Assembly: GCA_030066335.1 (NCBI GenBank)
Contig: JASJBV010000001.1
Location: 9,065-73,064, forward strand
DNA from: Gammaproteobacteria bacterium
GTDB taxonomy: Bacteria; Pseudomonadota; Gammaproteobacteria; GCA-001735895
Direction: 5' to 3'
Length of the DNA: 64,000 bases
This document shows, piece after piece, positions 10,297 to 21,503 of the stretch. Every line of letters starts with the position of its first letter. Position 1 is the stretch's first letter. Both the position numbers and the translations under genes were made by a program. The notes beneath the pieces are model-generated. The model saw only the letters and a program-made list of their open reading frames with translations, made no database searches and was not told the origin of the DNA.

Positions 10297-13200
10297 ATGT
10301 TTTCCAGTCTACGCGCACATCTGATCTTTCTGGTATTACTGGCGGCGGTGATACCTGTGCTCATCGCCGGCATCTTGGTTACCCAGCGTAGTAATACCTA
10401 CCTCGAACAGCAAAGCATACGAGCTCTCGAGGAACAATCCGCGGGCCTTGCCGATAGAATCAAGGGATTCTTTGACCTTCGATTAAATGAGCTCGAGTTA
10501 CTGGACAAGACATTTGGCTTCAATACGCTAAGCCGGCAGGATCAAACCAACGTCCTCACCAGCCTGCTGCAACAACAGCATTATCATGGTTTCAGCATCG
10601 TTGAACCCGATGGGACAGAGATGCTTAAACTGGCCCGAGACCAGGCCTACCCGGAAAACCATATCATCAACTGGTCAACTGACTCGCTGTTCCAGCAAAC
10701 TGTCAGCAGCCGGGAAACCCAGTTCGGCTTAATCCAGTTTGATCGAGAAATTCGCGAACCCTTGATGACGATCATCATGCCCCTGTTCAATTATCAGAAT
10801 GGTCAACTCGATACCCTGCTGGTAGGCAGCATCCGCCTGAAAAAATTGTGGGAGATCTTATCGCAGATCAACAAGTCCAGGGATACGACCAGTTTTGTCA
10901 CCGACCAGACTGGAAGGATAGTGGCCCATGAAAACCCGGTAGTTGCGATAAGAGGTCAATATTACGATCGCCAGATAACGGATAGTAATTCCGGTATCGA
11001 GATTGGCCCGGAAATAATTGCCGTGACCAGGTCTGTTTACCTCGGCGATAAACAGTTTGTTATCGTCACCGAAAAACCTGCGTCAAGCGTATACGCCCTG
11101 AGTCGGGATAACATCAAAGCCACCCTGATCACTTCGTTGATCCTGATGTTTTTTATTGTGGCGATCACGGTTTTGCAGTGGCGCAATATCCAACGACCCA
11201 TAGCGCGCCTGTTAAATGCAATCAGGGAAATTGAACAGGGGAATTTCAACAGGCCGCTGGGCGAGGCAGGATTGACTGAGCTGGACCAATTGACAGATTC
11301 GTTCAATCAAATGAGCCATAGTCTGGACGCCACGATGGAAGCGTTGAGAGAAAAAGAAAGGATCGCCAGAGAAGCCAATCTTTCCAACGAGGCTAAAAGC
11401 ATTTTTCTTTCCAACATGAGCCATGAGATCCGTACACCGATGAACGGTGTGATCGGCATCACCGAACTGCTGCTCGATAGCAAACTAGACCAGGATCAGT
11501 ACGGCAAGGTCAGGTTGATCAAGCAAAATGCCGAATCCCTGCTGAACCTAATCAACGATATCCTCGACCTGTCAAAGATCGAGGCAGGCGAACTAAATTT
11601 CGAAATCTATGAATTCGATTTAAATCGGTTGCTGGCGGAAATAGTGTCAGTCATCGCTTTCAGTGCACAAGCCAAGGGCCTTGAATTAATCTGCCCGGCC
11701 GCCTGGCTGGACCAACACTGGTATCACGGTGATCCGGGGCGCATCCGCCAGGTATTGATCAACCTGTTAAGTAATGCGATCAAATTCACCGAATCGGGTG
11801 AGGTCGTCCTCAACATCGAGATCGAGGCGGTCTCTGACCAACAGGACGCCCTGCACTTCAGTGTCACCGACAGCGGCATCGGTATCGAACCGCAACAGCT
11901 TGCTCATTTATTCGACCGCTTTTATCAGGCCGATGACTCGCCGGCTCGTATCTATGGCGGTTCAGGTCTTGGCCTGGCCATCAGCCAGCAATTGGTAAAC
12001 CTGATGGGAGGCGAAATCAACGTGCAGAGCCAGCCCGGGATGGGTTCAAGCTTTTCCTTCACGATTCAACTGGAAACCGCTGCCGCAGCGGAAAACCTGG
12101 TGTTGCATACCTCCGAACTGGAGCAGCTGAGAACACTGGCAGTCTCTGCCAATCCACGAGTGCTCGCCTTGCTGGACGATATATTCGGCCACTGGTCGCT
12201 ACACCATCAGCAGGCAGATAGCGCCGAGGCGGCTGGTAGTTTGCTGCAACAGGGCAAAGATTCTGACCAGGCATTCGATATCATCCTGATCGATGATGGC
12301 TTGCCCGGCAATGATACGCTCGAACTGTGTGAAGGCATTCAACAGGATCATGAACTCAAGCAGATGCATCTCATTTTGATGCATGCCCTGTCGCAACCAG
12401 TTGATCGGGACAGGCTATCGGCCGCCGGATTCACCGCCCTGCTGGATAAACCTATCGATCAGAACAAGCTGTTGCAAACCCTGTTGCGGGTAGTCAGGGG
12501 TGAAACCAGTCTCGAAACCGCCAGCCAAACCGATAGTGCGGAGAGCTATCAACGCTTCAACGCAAGCATCCTGGTCGTCGAAGATAACCTGACCAACCAG
12601 CAGGTTATACTGGGTATGCTCAACCGACTCGGCATAGAGGCAGACCTCGCCCAGGATGGCGCAGAAGCATTGGATAAGTTGAAAACGAATACTTACGACC
12701 TGGTGTTTATGGATTGCCAGTTACCGGTCATAGATGGATATGAGGTGACCCGCCAGATTCGCTCGGTGGATTCGACGGAGATAAATGCTAACGTACCCAT
12801 TGTTGCGATGACGGCCAATGTGATGCGAAGTGATATAGAGCACAGTCTGAAAGTCGGCATGAATAGCCACCTTGGTAAACCCATTGAATCGAGAAAGCTC
12901 AAGCAGATACTACTCAGTTGGCTGCCTGAACACTGCATTCCTGACCGGGACCAGGCAGCAGACGATGATGCCAATTTTGATCAACAGGATCAAAAGCGAC
13001 AGGCGCAGACATTTGATTATGCAAAATTGAGTCAGCATATGCTGAACGATGAACATTTGATGAAGACAGTCGTCTCGACATTCGTCGACGACATACCCGT
13101 ACAAATGCAAAAATTACGCGAGCTGGTCGAATCAGACCAGCGCAACGACATTCGAAAGCAGGCACATAAAATCAAAGGTGCCTGCAGTAATGTCTGTGCA

Positions 13201-13347
13201 ACGAGTATGCAGCAGCTCGCTGTTGAATTGGAAGTAAATGCGCTGCAAATTGAGGATGACCAATTAGGCCAGCACTTCGAATCTCTCGCGACCGCCTGTA
13301 GCGAACTGGTTGCAGAATTAAAAACTATCGTATTAGAAAGGGTGTAG
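10297..13347 (+). CDS. hybrid sensor histidine kinase (periplasmic sensor-HAMP-HisKA-HATPase-degenerate REC-REC-Hpt)
   Basis: [27 protein letters not shown], receiver [13 protein letters not shown]...[11 protein letters not shown], Hpt [12 protein letters not shown]. Confidence 0.9.
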   Translation: MFSSLRAHLIFLVLLAAVIPVLIAGILVTQRSNTYLEQQSIRALEEQSAGLADRIKGFFDLRLNELELLDKTFGFNTLSRQDQTNVLTSLLQQQHYHGFSIVEPDGTEMLKLARDQAYPENHIINWSTDSLFQQTVSSRETQFGLIQFDREIREPLMTIIMPLFNYQNGQLDTLLVGSIRLKKLWEILSQINKSRDTTSFVTDQTGRIVAHENPVVAIRGQYYDRQITDSNSGIEIGPEIIAVTRSVYLGDKQFVIVTEKPASSVYALSRDNIKATLITSLILMFFIVAITVLQWRNIQRPIARLLNAIREIEQGNFNRPLGEAGLTELDQLTDSFNQMSHSLDATMEALREKERIAREANLSNEAKSIFLSNMSHEIRTPMNGVIGITELLLDSKLDQDQYGKVRLIKQNAESLLNLINDILDLSKIEAGELNFEIYEFDLNRLLAEIVSVIAFSAQAKGLELICPAAWLDQHWYHGDPGRIRQVLINLLSNAIKFTESGEVVLNIEIEAVSDQQDALHFSVTDSGIGIEPQQLAHLFDRFYQADDSPARIYGGSGLGLAISQQLVNLMGGEINVQSQPGMGSSFSFTIQLETAAAAENLVLHTSELEQLRTLAVSANPRVLALLDDIFGHWSLHHQQADSAEAAGSLLQQGKDSDQAFDIILIDDGLPGNDTLELCEGIQQDHELKQMHLILMHALSQPVDRDRLSAAGFTALLDKPIDQNKLLQTLLRVVRGETSLETASQTDSAESYQRFNASILVVEDNLTNQQVILGMLNRLGIEADLAQDGAEALDKLKTNTYDLVFMDCQLPVIDGYEVTRQIRSVDSTEINANVPIVAMTANVMRSDIEHSLKVGMNSHLGKPIESRKLKQILLSWLPEHCIPDRDQAADDDANFDQQDQKRQAQTFDYAKLSQHMLNDEHLMKTVVSTFVDDIPVQMQKLRELVESDQRNDIRKQAHKIKGACSNVCATSMQQLAVELEVNALQIEDDQLGQHFESLATACSELVAELKTIVLERV

Positions 13348-13349
13348 TT

Positions 13350-13754
13350 ATGGCCAAAATTCTGGTTGTAGACGATGATAAAACCACACTGGAATACATT
13401 AAGGGGATCCTGCAGAAGGATGGCCATGAGGTATTCCTGGTCGATGATGGAGTAAAGGTCCAACCCGTTGTAGATGCCTATCCGATAGACCTGGTCATCA
13501 CCGACATTATCATGCCGTTTCAGGAGGGATTGGCGACCATCATGAAATTAAAAAATAGCGATAAGAATATTCCGATAATTGCGATTTCCGGTGAATCAGC
13601 CGACAGCATGAATTTTTTTGATGGTGGATATCTTGAAGTAGCCAAAGATCTAGGGGCTAATGCGACATTAACCAAACCGATACAACCGCTTGAGTTAATG
13701 CAATGCGTCAACAAGCTTGTAGCCGGAACTGCAGTCAATCCTACCGATAAATAG
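13350..13754 (+). CDS. single-domain CheY-like response regulator
   Basis: MAKILVVDDDKTTLEYI...DLVITDIIMP; starts 3 bp after kinase stop. Confidence 0.85.
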   Translation: MAKILVVDDDKTTLEYIKGILQKDGHEVFLVDDGVKVQPVVDAYPIDLVITDIIMPFQEGLATIMKLKNSDKNIPIIAISGESADSMNFFDGGYLEVAKDLGANATLTKPIQPLELMQCVNKLVAGTAVNPTDK

Positions 13755-13811
13755 CGCAGTAATAAGTGACCAGCTGTTAGCGACTTGGTTAAAAAAATAC
13801 TGTTGACATAC

Positions 13812-16226
13812 CTACTGCATTGCTATCTGCAGAGAGATCGTTTGCGGTGGTAAACACAGCCGGTCATTGCAGGCCTGCAACTGCAGACTCAATGGCAGAA
13901 TTCGTGTCGCCTGGTTGCGTTGATCGATTATTATACGGAACTGAAGATCATCTTCGAACAGGGACATCGGCTCGTCCTGAAATCCAAGTACCCGGGTTTG
14001 ACCAGCTGGATAGTTGACATCCTGTATTATCCAGTCCCGGTTTGTACTATCTAATGTTAACCGGGTAGGAATGAGATTATCCTGCAGTGGTTGATCGGAA
14101 TTGATATGCCAACCATCGGCAATGAACAGATCAACAACGACTCTGTCGTAACCCGCCTGTCTGGCCTGTATACGAATGCCACCGAGGGCTGCGTATTGCA
14201 GAGGGCCTGTCTCTCCTGTTCGTGCATCACTGGCGCTGGCGAGCATGTAAGCGAAATCATCCGGACTTTGATTAACAACACCAGCAAAAGCAGCCAGTGT
14301 CGCTGTGGCCCTTTTTCCATAATCCCGATCACCGGTCCGTTCCTGTAGCATGTGTAACACCCTAACGGCCATGGAATTACCTGAGGGCATACGGTCATAG
14401 TCGGCAGCATCGCGATATCGACCCATCGCGGTGACCTGCTCACGCTGACTACTCATATAAAACCCACCGCGTTGACTGTCCCAGTAATGCTGCAGCATGC
14501 TGTCTGCGAGTTGCCCGGCCCGCTCCAACCAGCTCATATCAGCGGTTGCATCGTATAACCGCAACAGGCCCTCGGCATAGTAGGCATAGTCCTCCTGCCG
14601 GGCTTCAATCGAGGCACGTCCGTCAAGATTGATCCGCCACAGCTGTCCTGGTTTGCGCCACTGCTGCTGCCAGATAACTTTAGCCGCACGCACGGCCGCA
14701 TCGGTGTAACGCGGTTCATCGAGCAGCATCCCGGCCTCGGCCAGGGTACTGATCATCATGCCATTCCAGGCGGTAATGATTTTTTCATCACGCAGAGGAT
14801 GCACTCTTTGTTCCCGCGCCCGGTAGAGCTGTTGCAGGATGGGATCCAGGCGCTTGTTGAGCTCGGACAATGACGTGCCCTGCCGCTCGGCGAACTCGGG
14901 CAGCGACAATGGCAGAAACAGGATATTGAGGTCTCCATCATAACCCTCCTCGCGGATGTCAAACAGCTTGATCACCAGCTCAGCATCCTCTGCTGACAGG
15001 CTGGTGCGGATCTCGGCAGGACGCCAGAAGAAGAACTTACCTTCTTCCCCCTCGCTATCGGCATCGGTCGCGGAATAAAAGGCGCCCTGCTCCGAGGTCA
15101 TGTCACGCAGGGCATAGTCGAGGGTCTGAACGGCAACCCGCCGAAACAGCGGATTGCCGGTCAGATACCAGCCTCGCAGGTAAATCCGCGCCAGGTGCGC
15201 CTGGTTGTAGAGCATTTTTTCGAAGTGCGGGGTATGCCAGTAGCTATCGACGGAATAACGATGAAAACCACCACCTACATGGTCATAGATACCGCCCCTG
15301 CTCATCGCATCCAATGTATGATCGAGCAGCTTGAGGATGGCCGGGTCGGGATCACGCATGGCCTGGTTGAGCAGCAGGAATAATCTGGGCTCGTTGGGAA
15401 ACTTGGGCCTGCCGCCGAAGCCGCCGTTTTCCGTGTCATAGTCAGCGAGCATATTGCTGATCGCCTGGTCCAATGCAAGATCGCTAATGCTGGCGGCAGT
15501 TGTTTGCGATTGATTGATCTGTCCGACCCCGACGGCGATTCGCTCCGCCTCGGCCAACAGCATCGTTTGTTGTTCGGTCCATTGCCGGGCAATCTGCTGC
15601 AGCAGTTCGAGAAACTGCGCCGGTCGATAATAGTTACCACTGAAGAAAGGTTTTCCGTCCGGGGTTAGAAAACTCGAAATGGGCCAGCCACCATCGCCGG
15701 TCACGAAGATCAGTGCATTGAGATAGACCCGGTCAATATCGGGCCGACGCTCGCGATCCACCTTGATCGCGATAAAATTGCGATTGATAAAATCAGCCAC
15801 GGCGCCATGCTCGAAGCTTTGTTTCTCCATCACGTGACACCAGTGACAGGTGGAATAACCAATCGACAGTAACAGCGGCTTGTTTTCCGCCCTGGCCCTG
15901 GCAAAAGCCGCCTCACCCCAGGCGTGCCAGTCCACCGGGTTGTGCGCATGCTGGATCAGGTAGGGGGAATCCTCGAGGATCAGGCGATTGGTATATAGCG
16001 GCTTGCCATCCTGGGCCAGATGTTCGGTTCGTGGCACATAGTCTGGTGGTTTGGCATCCAGCGCCTGGCGAACTCGCCTGTCCAGTTTGGCCGGCCGCGC
16101 GGGTATGTAAGCCGCAACATCCCGTGTTTGCGGCAGCATATCATTGTCATTGGTCGCTGCCGATAGCTGACCAGGCAAAAGCAAAGCCAGTGGGATACAA
16201 ACCAGCGCTGTTTTCAGTCTTTTCAT
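13812..16226 (-). CDS. secreted thioredoxin-domain protein of the DUF255/YyaL family with C-terminal extension
   Basis: Signal peptide; [19 protein letters not shown] thioredoxin-like CxxC block followed by (alpha/alpha)6-like region. Confidence 0.8.
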   Translation of the reverse strand: MKRLKTALVCIPLALLLPGQLSAATNDNDMLPQTRDVAAYIPARPAKLDRRVRQALDAKPPDYVPRTEHLAQDGKPLYTNRLILEDSPYLIQHAHNPVDWHAWGEAAFARARAENKPLLLSIGYSTCHWCHVMEKQSFEHGAVADFINRNFIAIKVDRERRPDIDRVYLNALIFVTGDGGWPISSFLTPDGKPFFSGNYYRPAQFLELLQQIARQWTEQQTMLLAEAERIAVGVGQINQSQTTAASISDLALDQAISNMLADYDTENGGFGGRPKFPNEPRLFLLLNQAMRDPDPAILKLLDHTLDAMSRGGIYDHVGGGFHRYSVDSYWHTPHFEKMLYNQAHLARIYLRGWYLTGNPLFRRVAVQTLDYALRDMTSEQGAFYSATDADSEGEEGKFFFWRPAEIRTSLSAEDAELVIKLFDIREEGYDGDLNILFLPLSLPEFAERQGTSLSELNKRLDPILQQLYRAREQRVHPLRDEKIITAWNGMMISTLAEAGMLLDEPRYTDAAVRAAKVIWQQQWRKPGQLWRINLDGRASIEARQEDYAYYAEGLLRLYDATADMSWLERAGQLADSMLQHYWDSQRGGFYMSSQREQVTAMGRYRDAADYDRMPSGNSMAVRVLHMLQERTGDRDYGKRATATLAAFAGVVNQSPDDFAYMLASASDARTGETGPLQYAALGGIRIQARQAGYDRVVVDLFIADGWHINSDQPLQDNLIPTRLTLDSTNRDWIIQDVNYPAGQTRVLGFQDEPMSLFEDDLQFRIIIDQRNQATRILPLSLQLQACNDRLCLPPQTISLQIAMQ

Positions 16227-16415
16227 TCGTCTTGGCTCTTATTGTCCGGCTGCCTTACAATCCGTGATGCCCGTAGTTGTACCTGTTTAGTCAGCAAGCT
16301 GGTCAATAAAATTCCCTCATCACGCAGACATTCTACCTTCAGTGTTGTTATTTCCGGAGAATAAACCCATAGCTTTACGGGTTGTATCTGCTGAGAATAA
16401 CGGCATCATAAACCC

Positions 16416-17348
16416 ATGATTCGTGCCTACTCACAACGCATGCTGCCACCCTTTTCCGGTTTCGTGCAGATTGCCGAAACCGAGCGTGCCCGCGCCCAGA
16501 GTTTTGACGGCGTGAGCTGGGAAATCCAGTATTATGCCGGAACCGACCAGGCGAACCGTGAACATAAACGTCCTCAGGGGTACGCCGTCGATAAAGGTTA
16601 TTTCAAGATAGCCCATCTGCATAATCAACAGCTAAAGCCCTACGTATTGCCATCCTGTCTTGACGCCACCGAGGTGGCCGAATGTATCACCGAGTTATCA
16701 GATTATCTCGCTACCGCGCAACTGCCCTTTCCTGCCGCTGATATCTATGAGTACTGGTTGTTGGATGGCGCGGATGGCTCACCACTGGCCTTGATTTTTT
16801 CCTGCTGCGAGGAATCGCAAAAGTTGACCTATCCTGTGCATACCGAGTGGACGGCGCTACCGCATTCGAAGATCAAGATTGACAACACTGCCGGCGAGCA
16901 GGCACGCAATGAACCACCGGTCAATCATCGTTTCCAGCACCTGGTAGCCAGGCGCGCTGGCAACAAGCCCAGGGCAGCCTGGTTCAAGCGGGATGACAAA
17001 GACGCGAACACTTTCCCCTGTTTTATGGTGCGGGAAGACTGGCAGCAGGAAGCGGATAATGATTTGTGTCAACGTTACCTGCTGCGCAATGCGCCGCGCC
17101 TGCTGATGCTGCAGGGCCTCAATCGCGACGACCGTGAGCGACTGGAGATCGCGGCCAAGGACTATGCGATCGAGGTCGATGACTATTTCCCGATGTATCC
17201 GGAGATCATCGACCAGCGGCGAATGGCGGCTATCCGGGTGGAAGCGAGATTACGTAAAGCATCACCACATCAACATAAAGTTAAATCCAGTAAAACTTCT
17301 AAAGATAAGGCTCCATTGAGCAAGGACATGCGTATCATCGAAAACTAG
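16416..17348 (+). CDS. hypothetical protein (310 aa), no recognisable domain
   Basis: Long ORF with coding-like composition; no motifs recognised. Confidence 0.5.
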   Translation: MIRAYSQRMLPPFSGFVQIAETERARAQSFDGVSWEIQYYAGTDQANREHKRPQGYAVDKGYFKIAHLHNQQLKPYVLPSCLDATEVAECITELSDYLATAQLPFPAADIYEYWLLDGADGSPLALIFSCCEESQKLTYPVHTEWTALPHSKIKIDNTAGEQARNEPPVNHRFQHLVARRAGNKPRAAWFKRDDKDANTFPCFMVREDWQQEADNDLCQRYLLRNAPRLLMLQGLNRDDRERLEIAAKDYAIEVDDYFPMYPEIIDQRRMAAIRVEARLRKASPHQHKVKSSKTSKDKAPLSKDMRIIEN

Positions 17349-17981
17349 GATTGGAATGGATGTCGACATGCGCCGGGATGACGTATTTTCCTGATTCAGT
17401 TCAGCACTCTGCAGTGAACATCCATTGTCATTAGCATCTATCCCGCTAACTATTTTTTCTATCTAGCAACACTGCCATGCTAAAAAAATCCGTGCTTGGA
17501 ATGACGGATAATTAAATTTTCTTTTTATATGTTCGGCTAATTTTTTGCTGATCATTGTCTCGCCGAGTACCTGGTCAGGGTCTCGCTTCCCCGCCGCAAG
17601 AATGAACCTGAAAAGAGATTGAGCAGAAAGCCTTAGTCACTGATTTTTCGATTATTTTTTCGGTATCTCGGTTTACATCGCATAATTAATTTACTCGCCA
17701 TTGAACCAGAACAAAATCTGCGGTGACTGCAATAAATTCGGTACCGCGTGAACCAGGTTTGTCCACAACAAAAAATAATTTGCTGAACTTTCTTCCGGGC
17801 CCGGGGTCAGTTCGGATTAAGGAGGGATGCTGTGATTAACCAAATCAGATAATTGCATTACAACTGGTTCATTTACCGCAACCTGAAAAAGTTCTGTCCT
17901 TTAATCTGACCGATTTCCGGACTTTGCATTCGACGTCACAAGAGCGTCATTATCGTTAATCATACTGAGGATATACACATC

Positions 17982-18269
17982 ATGAAAACGCAAATCGCAC
18001 TCGCCGCTACCCTTACCGCCATGGTCCTGGCCGCCCCCATGCATGCTTCTGCAGCTGCCAAGGAGAAATGCTATGGCGTGTCACTCGCTGGACAAAACGA
18101 TTGTGCCGCCGGTCCGGGCACTACCTGCGCTGGTTCATCCACCGTCGATTACCAGGGCAATGCCTGGACCCTGGTACCGAAAGGAACCTGCGAGTCCACC
18201 GTCATCAGTGCATCTGATGGAATGGACCGCAAGGGTAGCCTGGTCGCCCTGAGCCGCGACCTGCCCTAG
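17982..18269 (+). CDS. bufA: DUF2282 bufferin-type RiPP precursor (Sec signal peptide + Cys-containing core)
   Basis: [24 protein letters not shown] signal; core [25 protein letters not shown]...GTCES with 4 Cys in the DUF2282 pattern; RBS GAGGA upstream. Confidence 0.8.
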   Translation: MKTQIALAATLTAMVLAAPMHASAAAKEKCYGVSLAGQNDCAAGPGTTCAGSSTVDYQGNAWTLVPKGTCESTVISASDGMDRKGSLVALSRDLP

Positions 18270-18299
18270 TCAGGGTTTGAACAGGCGGCGTCACTGATA

Positions 18300-19250
18300 G
18301 TGGCGCCGGCCTGGTTAGCGAGAAAAAGCATGCTATCCCGAGCTCAAGCAGCTGATGATAGTCAGAGCGGTGCAGATGATTTCGAGGCAGCCGATATCCC
18401 GGCTGACATACCCGCTGTCGCCGGTACCAGCTTCAAACCGGAACACGCAGCAGACATAGAGCGCGATCCCGGTGAGGTTGCCTGGTTCGAAGTCCACCCC
18501 GAGAATTACATGGTAGCCGGCGGCCCAAGACTGGCCCAGCTGGAAGCACTGCGGGCTGACTTTCCGATATCCCTGCATGGTGTCGGTATGTCGCTTGGCA
18601 CCGGCGAACTGCCGGATGCGCAACACCTGCAAGCCTTGCGTGAGCTGGTCAATCGTTTCCAGCCCGGCCTGGTTTCCGAACACCTGGCCTGGTCGTCGCA
18701 CGACGGCCTGTACCTGGCCGACCTGCTGCCCAGCGCATTGACCCGGTCTATGCTTGACGGCGTGGTCAATGCAATCGACAAGACCCAGCAAACCCTGGGC
18801 CGGCAAATCCTGATTGAGAACCCAAGCTCCTACATCCCGCGGCCGGACAGCTGGCTGCCGGAAATCCAGTTTCTCAACGAGCTCGCCCAGCGTAGCGGCT
18901 GCGGCCTGCTGGTCGATGTCAACAATGTCTTTGTCAGCGCCCATAACCTGAAATTCAATGCCAATGATTACATCGACGCGGTCCCCGGCGAGGCTGTCGG
19001 TGAGATCCACCTGGCCGGTCACAGTGTCGACAACAACGACGGCGACCCCATTTTAATCGATAGCCATGGTGCCACGGTCAGCGACGAGGTGTGGGCACTC
19101 TATCAGCGCTTAATCAGCCGGATCGGCCCCCGGCCCACCCTGGTTGAATGGGACAACGATTTGCCCGCCTGGTCAGAGTTACGCGCTGAAGCCCAGCGCG
19201 CCAATCAGCATATTGATCAGGTCATCCAGGTCCAGCGAGAAGCGTCATGA
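18300..19250 (+). CDS. bufB: DUF692 multinuclear non-heme iron oxidase (MNIO, MbnB-like)
   Basis: …WFEVHPENYM…LHGVGMSLG…LVSEHLAWS…LIENPSSY…IHLAGHS motifs of DUF692; start uncertain (GTG 18300 or ATG 18330). Confidence 0.85.
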   Translation: MAPAWLARKSMLSRAQAADDSQSGADDFEAADIPADIPAVAGTSFKPEHAADIERDPGEVAWFEVHPENYMVAGGPRLAQLEALRADFPISLHGVGMSLGTGELPDAQHLQALRELVNRFQPGLVSEHLAWSSHDGLYLADLLPSALTRSMLDGVVNAIDKTQQTLGRQILIENPSSYIPRPDSWLPEIQFLNELAQRSGCGLLVDVNNVFVSAHNLKFNANDYIDAVPGEAVGEIHLAGHSVDNNDGDPILIDSHGATVSDEVWALYQRLISRIGPRPTLVEWDNDLPAWSELRAEAQRANQHIDQVIQVQREAS

Positions 19251-20020
19251 GCGCGCGACCTGAACTCGCCTATCGCCAGCAATTCACCCAGGCACTACTG
19301 GCCCGGGCAGCCGATGCCCATCCAGCCAATCTCGCTCCGCATGAGGCACGTCGATTCCGGGTTTATCGCAACAATGTGCATACTGCACTGATCACCGCGC
19401 TGGCCGATGCTTACCCGGTAATTCAACGACTCGTTGGAGAAGAATTTTTCGCCGCGATGGCGCGTGAGTTTTTCCTGCTGGAACATGAACGGGAATCGAC
19501 TCTGGCACTTTATGGTGCAGATTTTGCCGATTTCATCGAACAATTTACCCCGGCTGCTTCACTACCCTATCTGGCCGATGTCGCACGCCTGGAACGCACC
19601 AGGCTCGAGGCACTGCATGCGGCTGACGCCGCTGTAATCGATGCATCCGCATTGCCCACTGATGGCGAACAGCTGCTGAACATGACCTTTGAGCCACACC
19701 CGGCCTTACGCCTGCTGAGTTCAGCTCATCCGGTCGTCAGTATCTGGCTGGCCAACCAGGCTGATGAACCACAGAACATCATCACCGCCAGCGCCGAATT
19801 TGCATTGATTACCCGGCCTAGGTTCGTGGTGAACACGCTGCTGCTGGACCAGGCTACCGGTCGATTTACTCGGCAGCTGATGCAGGGGCATACGCTGCAA
19901 CAGGCCTATACCAATACATCCAGCATCGCCGGCGAATTCGATATAGGCGTGGCTTTTTCCCAGTTACTCGAAGCCGGCGCCTTTACCGATGCCGCCACAT
20001 ACCAGGAGGATACAAAATGA
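19247..20020 (+). CDS. bufC: DUF2063 protein, partner subunit of the MNIO
   Basis: N-terminal FRVYRNNV motif typical of DUF2063; ATGA overlap with bufB stop. Confidence 0.8.
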   Translation: MSARPELAYRQQFTQALLARAADAHPANLAPHEARRFRVYRNNVHTALITALADAYPVIQRLVGEEFFAAMAREFFLLEHERESTLALYGADFADFIEQFTPAASLPYLADVARLERTRLEALHAADAAVIDASALPTDGEQLLNMTFEPHPALRLLSSAHPVVSIWLANQADEPQNIITASAEFALITRPRFVVNTLLLDQATGRFTRQLMQGHTLQQAYTNTSSIAGEFDIGVAFSQLLEAGAFTDAATYQEDTK

Positions 20021-20604
20021 TAAGCGCAGAATTTTCCAACGAACAGGAACGATCGCTGATTGTTAAGACCCGGAACAGCTACGATCGATTGGTGGCGGCC
20101 ATGCAACGCGGACTTGACGGCTGGTTTATCGAACTCGGTGCACGGCTGCTGTTTGCCGCCACCTTGATGGTTTACTACCTCAACAGTGCAATGACCAAGG
20201 TCGGTGACGGCCTGTTTGGCATCTTCGCGCCCTCCGCGGGTGCGTTCGCGCAGATCGCCCCTCCGGTGGCAGAACATTATTTCTATGATACGACCGCGAT
20301 CCCCTTCTTCCCCTGGCACCTGATCGTCATTGCCGGCACCATCGCCGAGATTGTGCTGCCGATCCTGATCGTCATCGGCCTGTTCACCCGCCTGGCCGCG
20401 CTCGGCATGATCGGCTTTGTCGTGGTGCAGACCATCGTCGATATCGCCTTCCACGGCTCCACCCTGGGTAGCTGGTTCAACAACCAGGCCGGCGAGTTAG
20501 TGGACCAGCGTTTGCTGTGGATTTTCCCATTGCTGTTACTGGTGGTGAAAGGCGCAGGTTCGATTTCCATCGATACCCTGTTACAGCGATTGAGGAAATC
20601 CTGA
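20017..20604 (+). CDS. bufD: DoxX-family membrane protein
   Basis: Four predicted TM segments with DoxX-like pattern; ATGA overlap with bufC stop. Confidence 0.7.
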   Translation: MISAEFSNEQERSLIVKTRNSYDRLVAAMQRGLDGWFIELGARLLFAATLMVYYLNSAMTKVGDGLFGIFAPSAGAFAQIAPPVAEHYFYDTTAIPFFPWHLIVIAGTIAEIVLPILIVIGLFTRLAALGMIGFVVVQTIVDIAFHGSTLGSWFNNQAGELVDQRLLWIFPLLLLVVKGAGSISIDTLLQRLRKS

Positions 20605-20616
20605 GCATGATTACTA

Positions 20617-20658
20617 CTGGCCGGAACCAGTCGGGGAAATTGACTGGAATCCGGCCAG
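20617..20658. terminator. long imperfect hairpin CTGGCCGGAACCAGTC-loop-GACTGGAATCCGGCCAG between convergent genes
   Basis: ~16-bp stem seen in sequence; no clear T-run, so function as a terminator is uncertain. Confidence 0.35.
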
Positions 20659-20677
20659 CGTCAAACATTTATCCGGG

Positions 20678-21469
20678 TTAAAGCGCAGGAAGCTCCGGTA
20701 ATTTCTGGCCCAACCACTTGACGGATAACGCGTCCAGGTTACCGCCGAGTTTCTTATGCAGCACGAAAACATTAACCCATTGCAGCATATTCAGTTCTCC
20801 CGCACGTACCCCGATAAAAGCCGGTGACTGGCGCACGATGAACTTGGTTTCCAGTTTCATCTCGGGGTTATCCTTACCAACCTTTGCAGCCACGGTATTC
20901 CCGGTGACCAGCACCTGAACCTGCTTGGCAACATAAGCCGAAATGGTGGCGGCATTGTCACCGAACCGGGTCAGCTTGGCACCGTCGGGCAGCACCTTGC
21001 TCAGCTCAAGATCCTCGATGGTTCCGCCGGTAACCCCGATAGTCTTACCTGCGAGATCAGCGGGTGAGTTGATCTCGATATCCGCGCTGGCGAAAGCACC
21101 GGAGAAAAACGGTGCATAGGCCGAGGAAAACCAGATCGACTTGGCACGGGCCGGATTGGCACCCATGGAAGAGATAACCAGGTCTACCTTGCCCGAAGAC
21201 AGATAGGGGATCCTCTGCTTGGAGGTTATCGGGATCAGTTCCAGTTTGACTCCAAGGTCTTCAGCCACCAGGTTGGCCACATCGACATCGTATCCCTCAT
21301 GTTTGAAATCCTTACCCACCGAACCAAATGGCGGGAAGTTTTCAGGAACACCAATCTTTATCGTCCCTCTGTCCAGAACATCCTGTAATTGATCAGCATT
21401 GGCGATAATGGTCACCATGGATAGCGAGATAACTGCGATGGTTGAAATTAATATAGATCTGAGTTTCAT
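20678..21469 (-). CDS. amino-acid ABC transporter substrate-binding protein (family 3)
   Basis: Signal peptide; polar amino acid SBP motifs. Confidence 0.8.
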   Translation of the reverse strand: MKLRSILISTIAVISLSMVTIIANADQLQDVLDRGTIKIGVPENFPPFGSVGKDFKHEGYDVDVANLVAEDLGVKLELIPITSKQRIPYLSSGKVDLVISSMGANPARAKSIWFSSAYAPFFSGAFASADIEINSPADLAGKTIGVTGGTIEDLELSKVLPDGAKLTRFGDNAATISAYVAKQVQVLVTGNTVAAKVGKDNPEMKLETKFIVRQSPAFIGVRAGELNMLQWVNVFVLHKKLGGNLDALSVKWLGQKLPELPAL

Positions 21470-21503
21470 AGCCGGCATTGCCTCCGCGTTGAGTAAAATA
21501 ACA

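Noticed and set aside
18333-19022. 229-aa minus-strand ORF inside the DUF692 gene
   Set aside because: Antisense shadow of a strongly supported coding region; no RBS or start context
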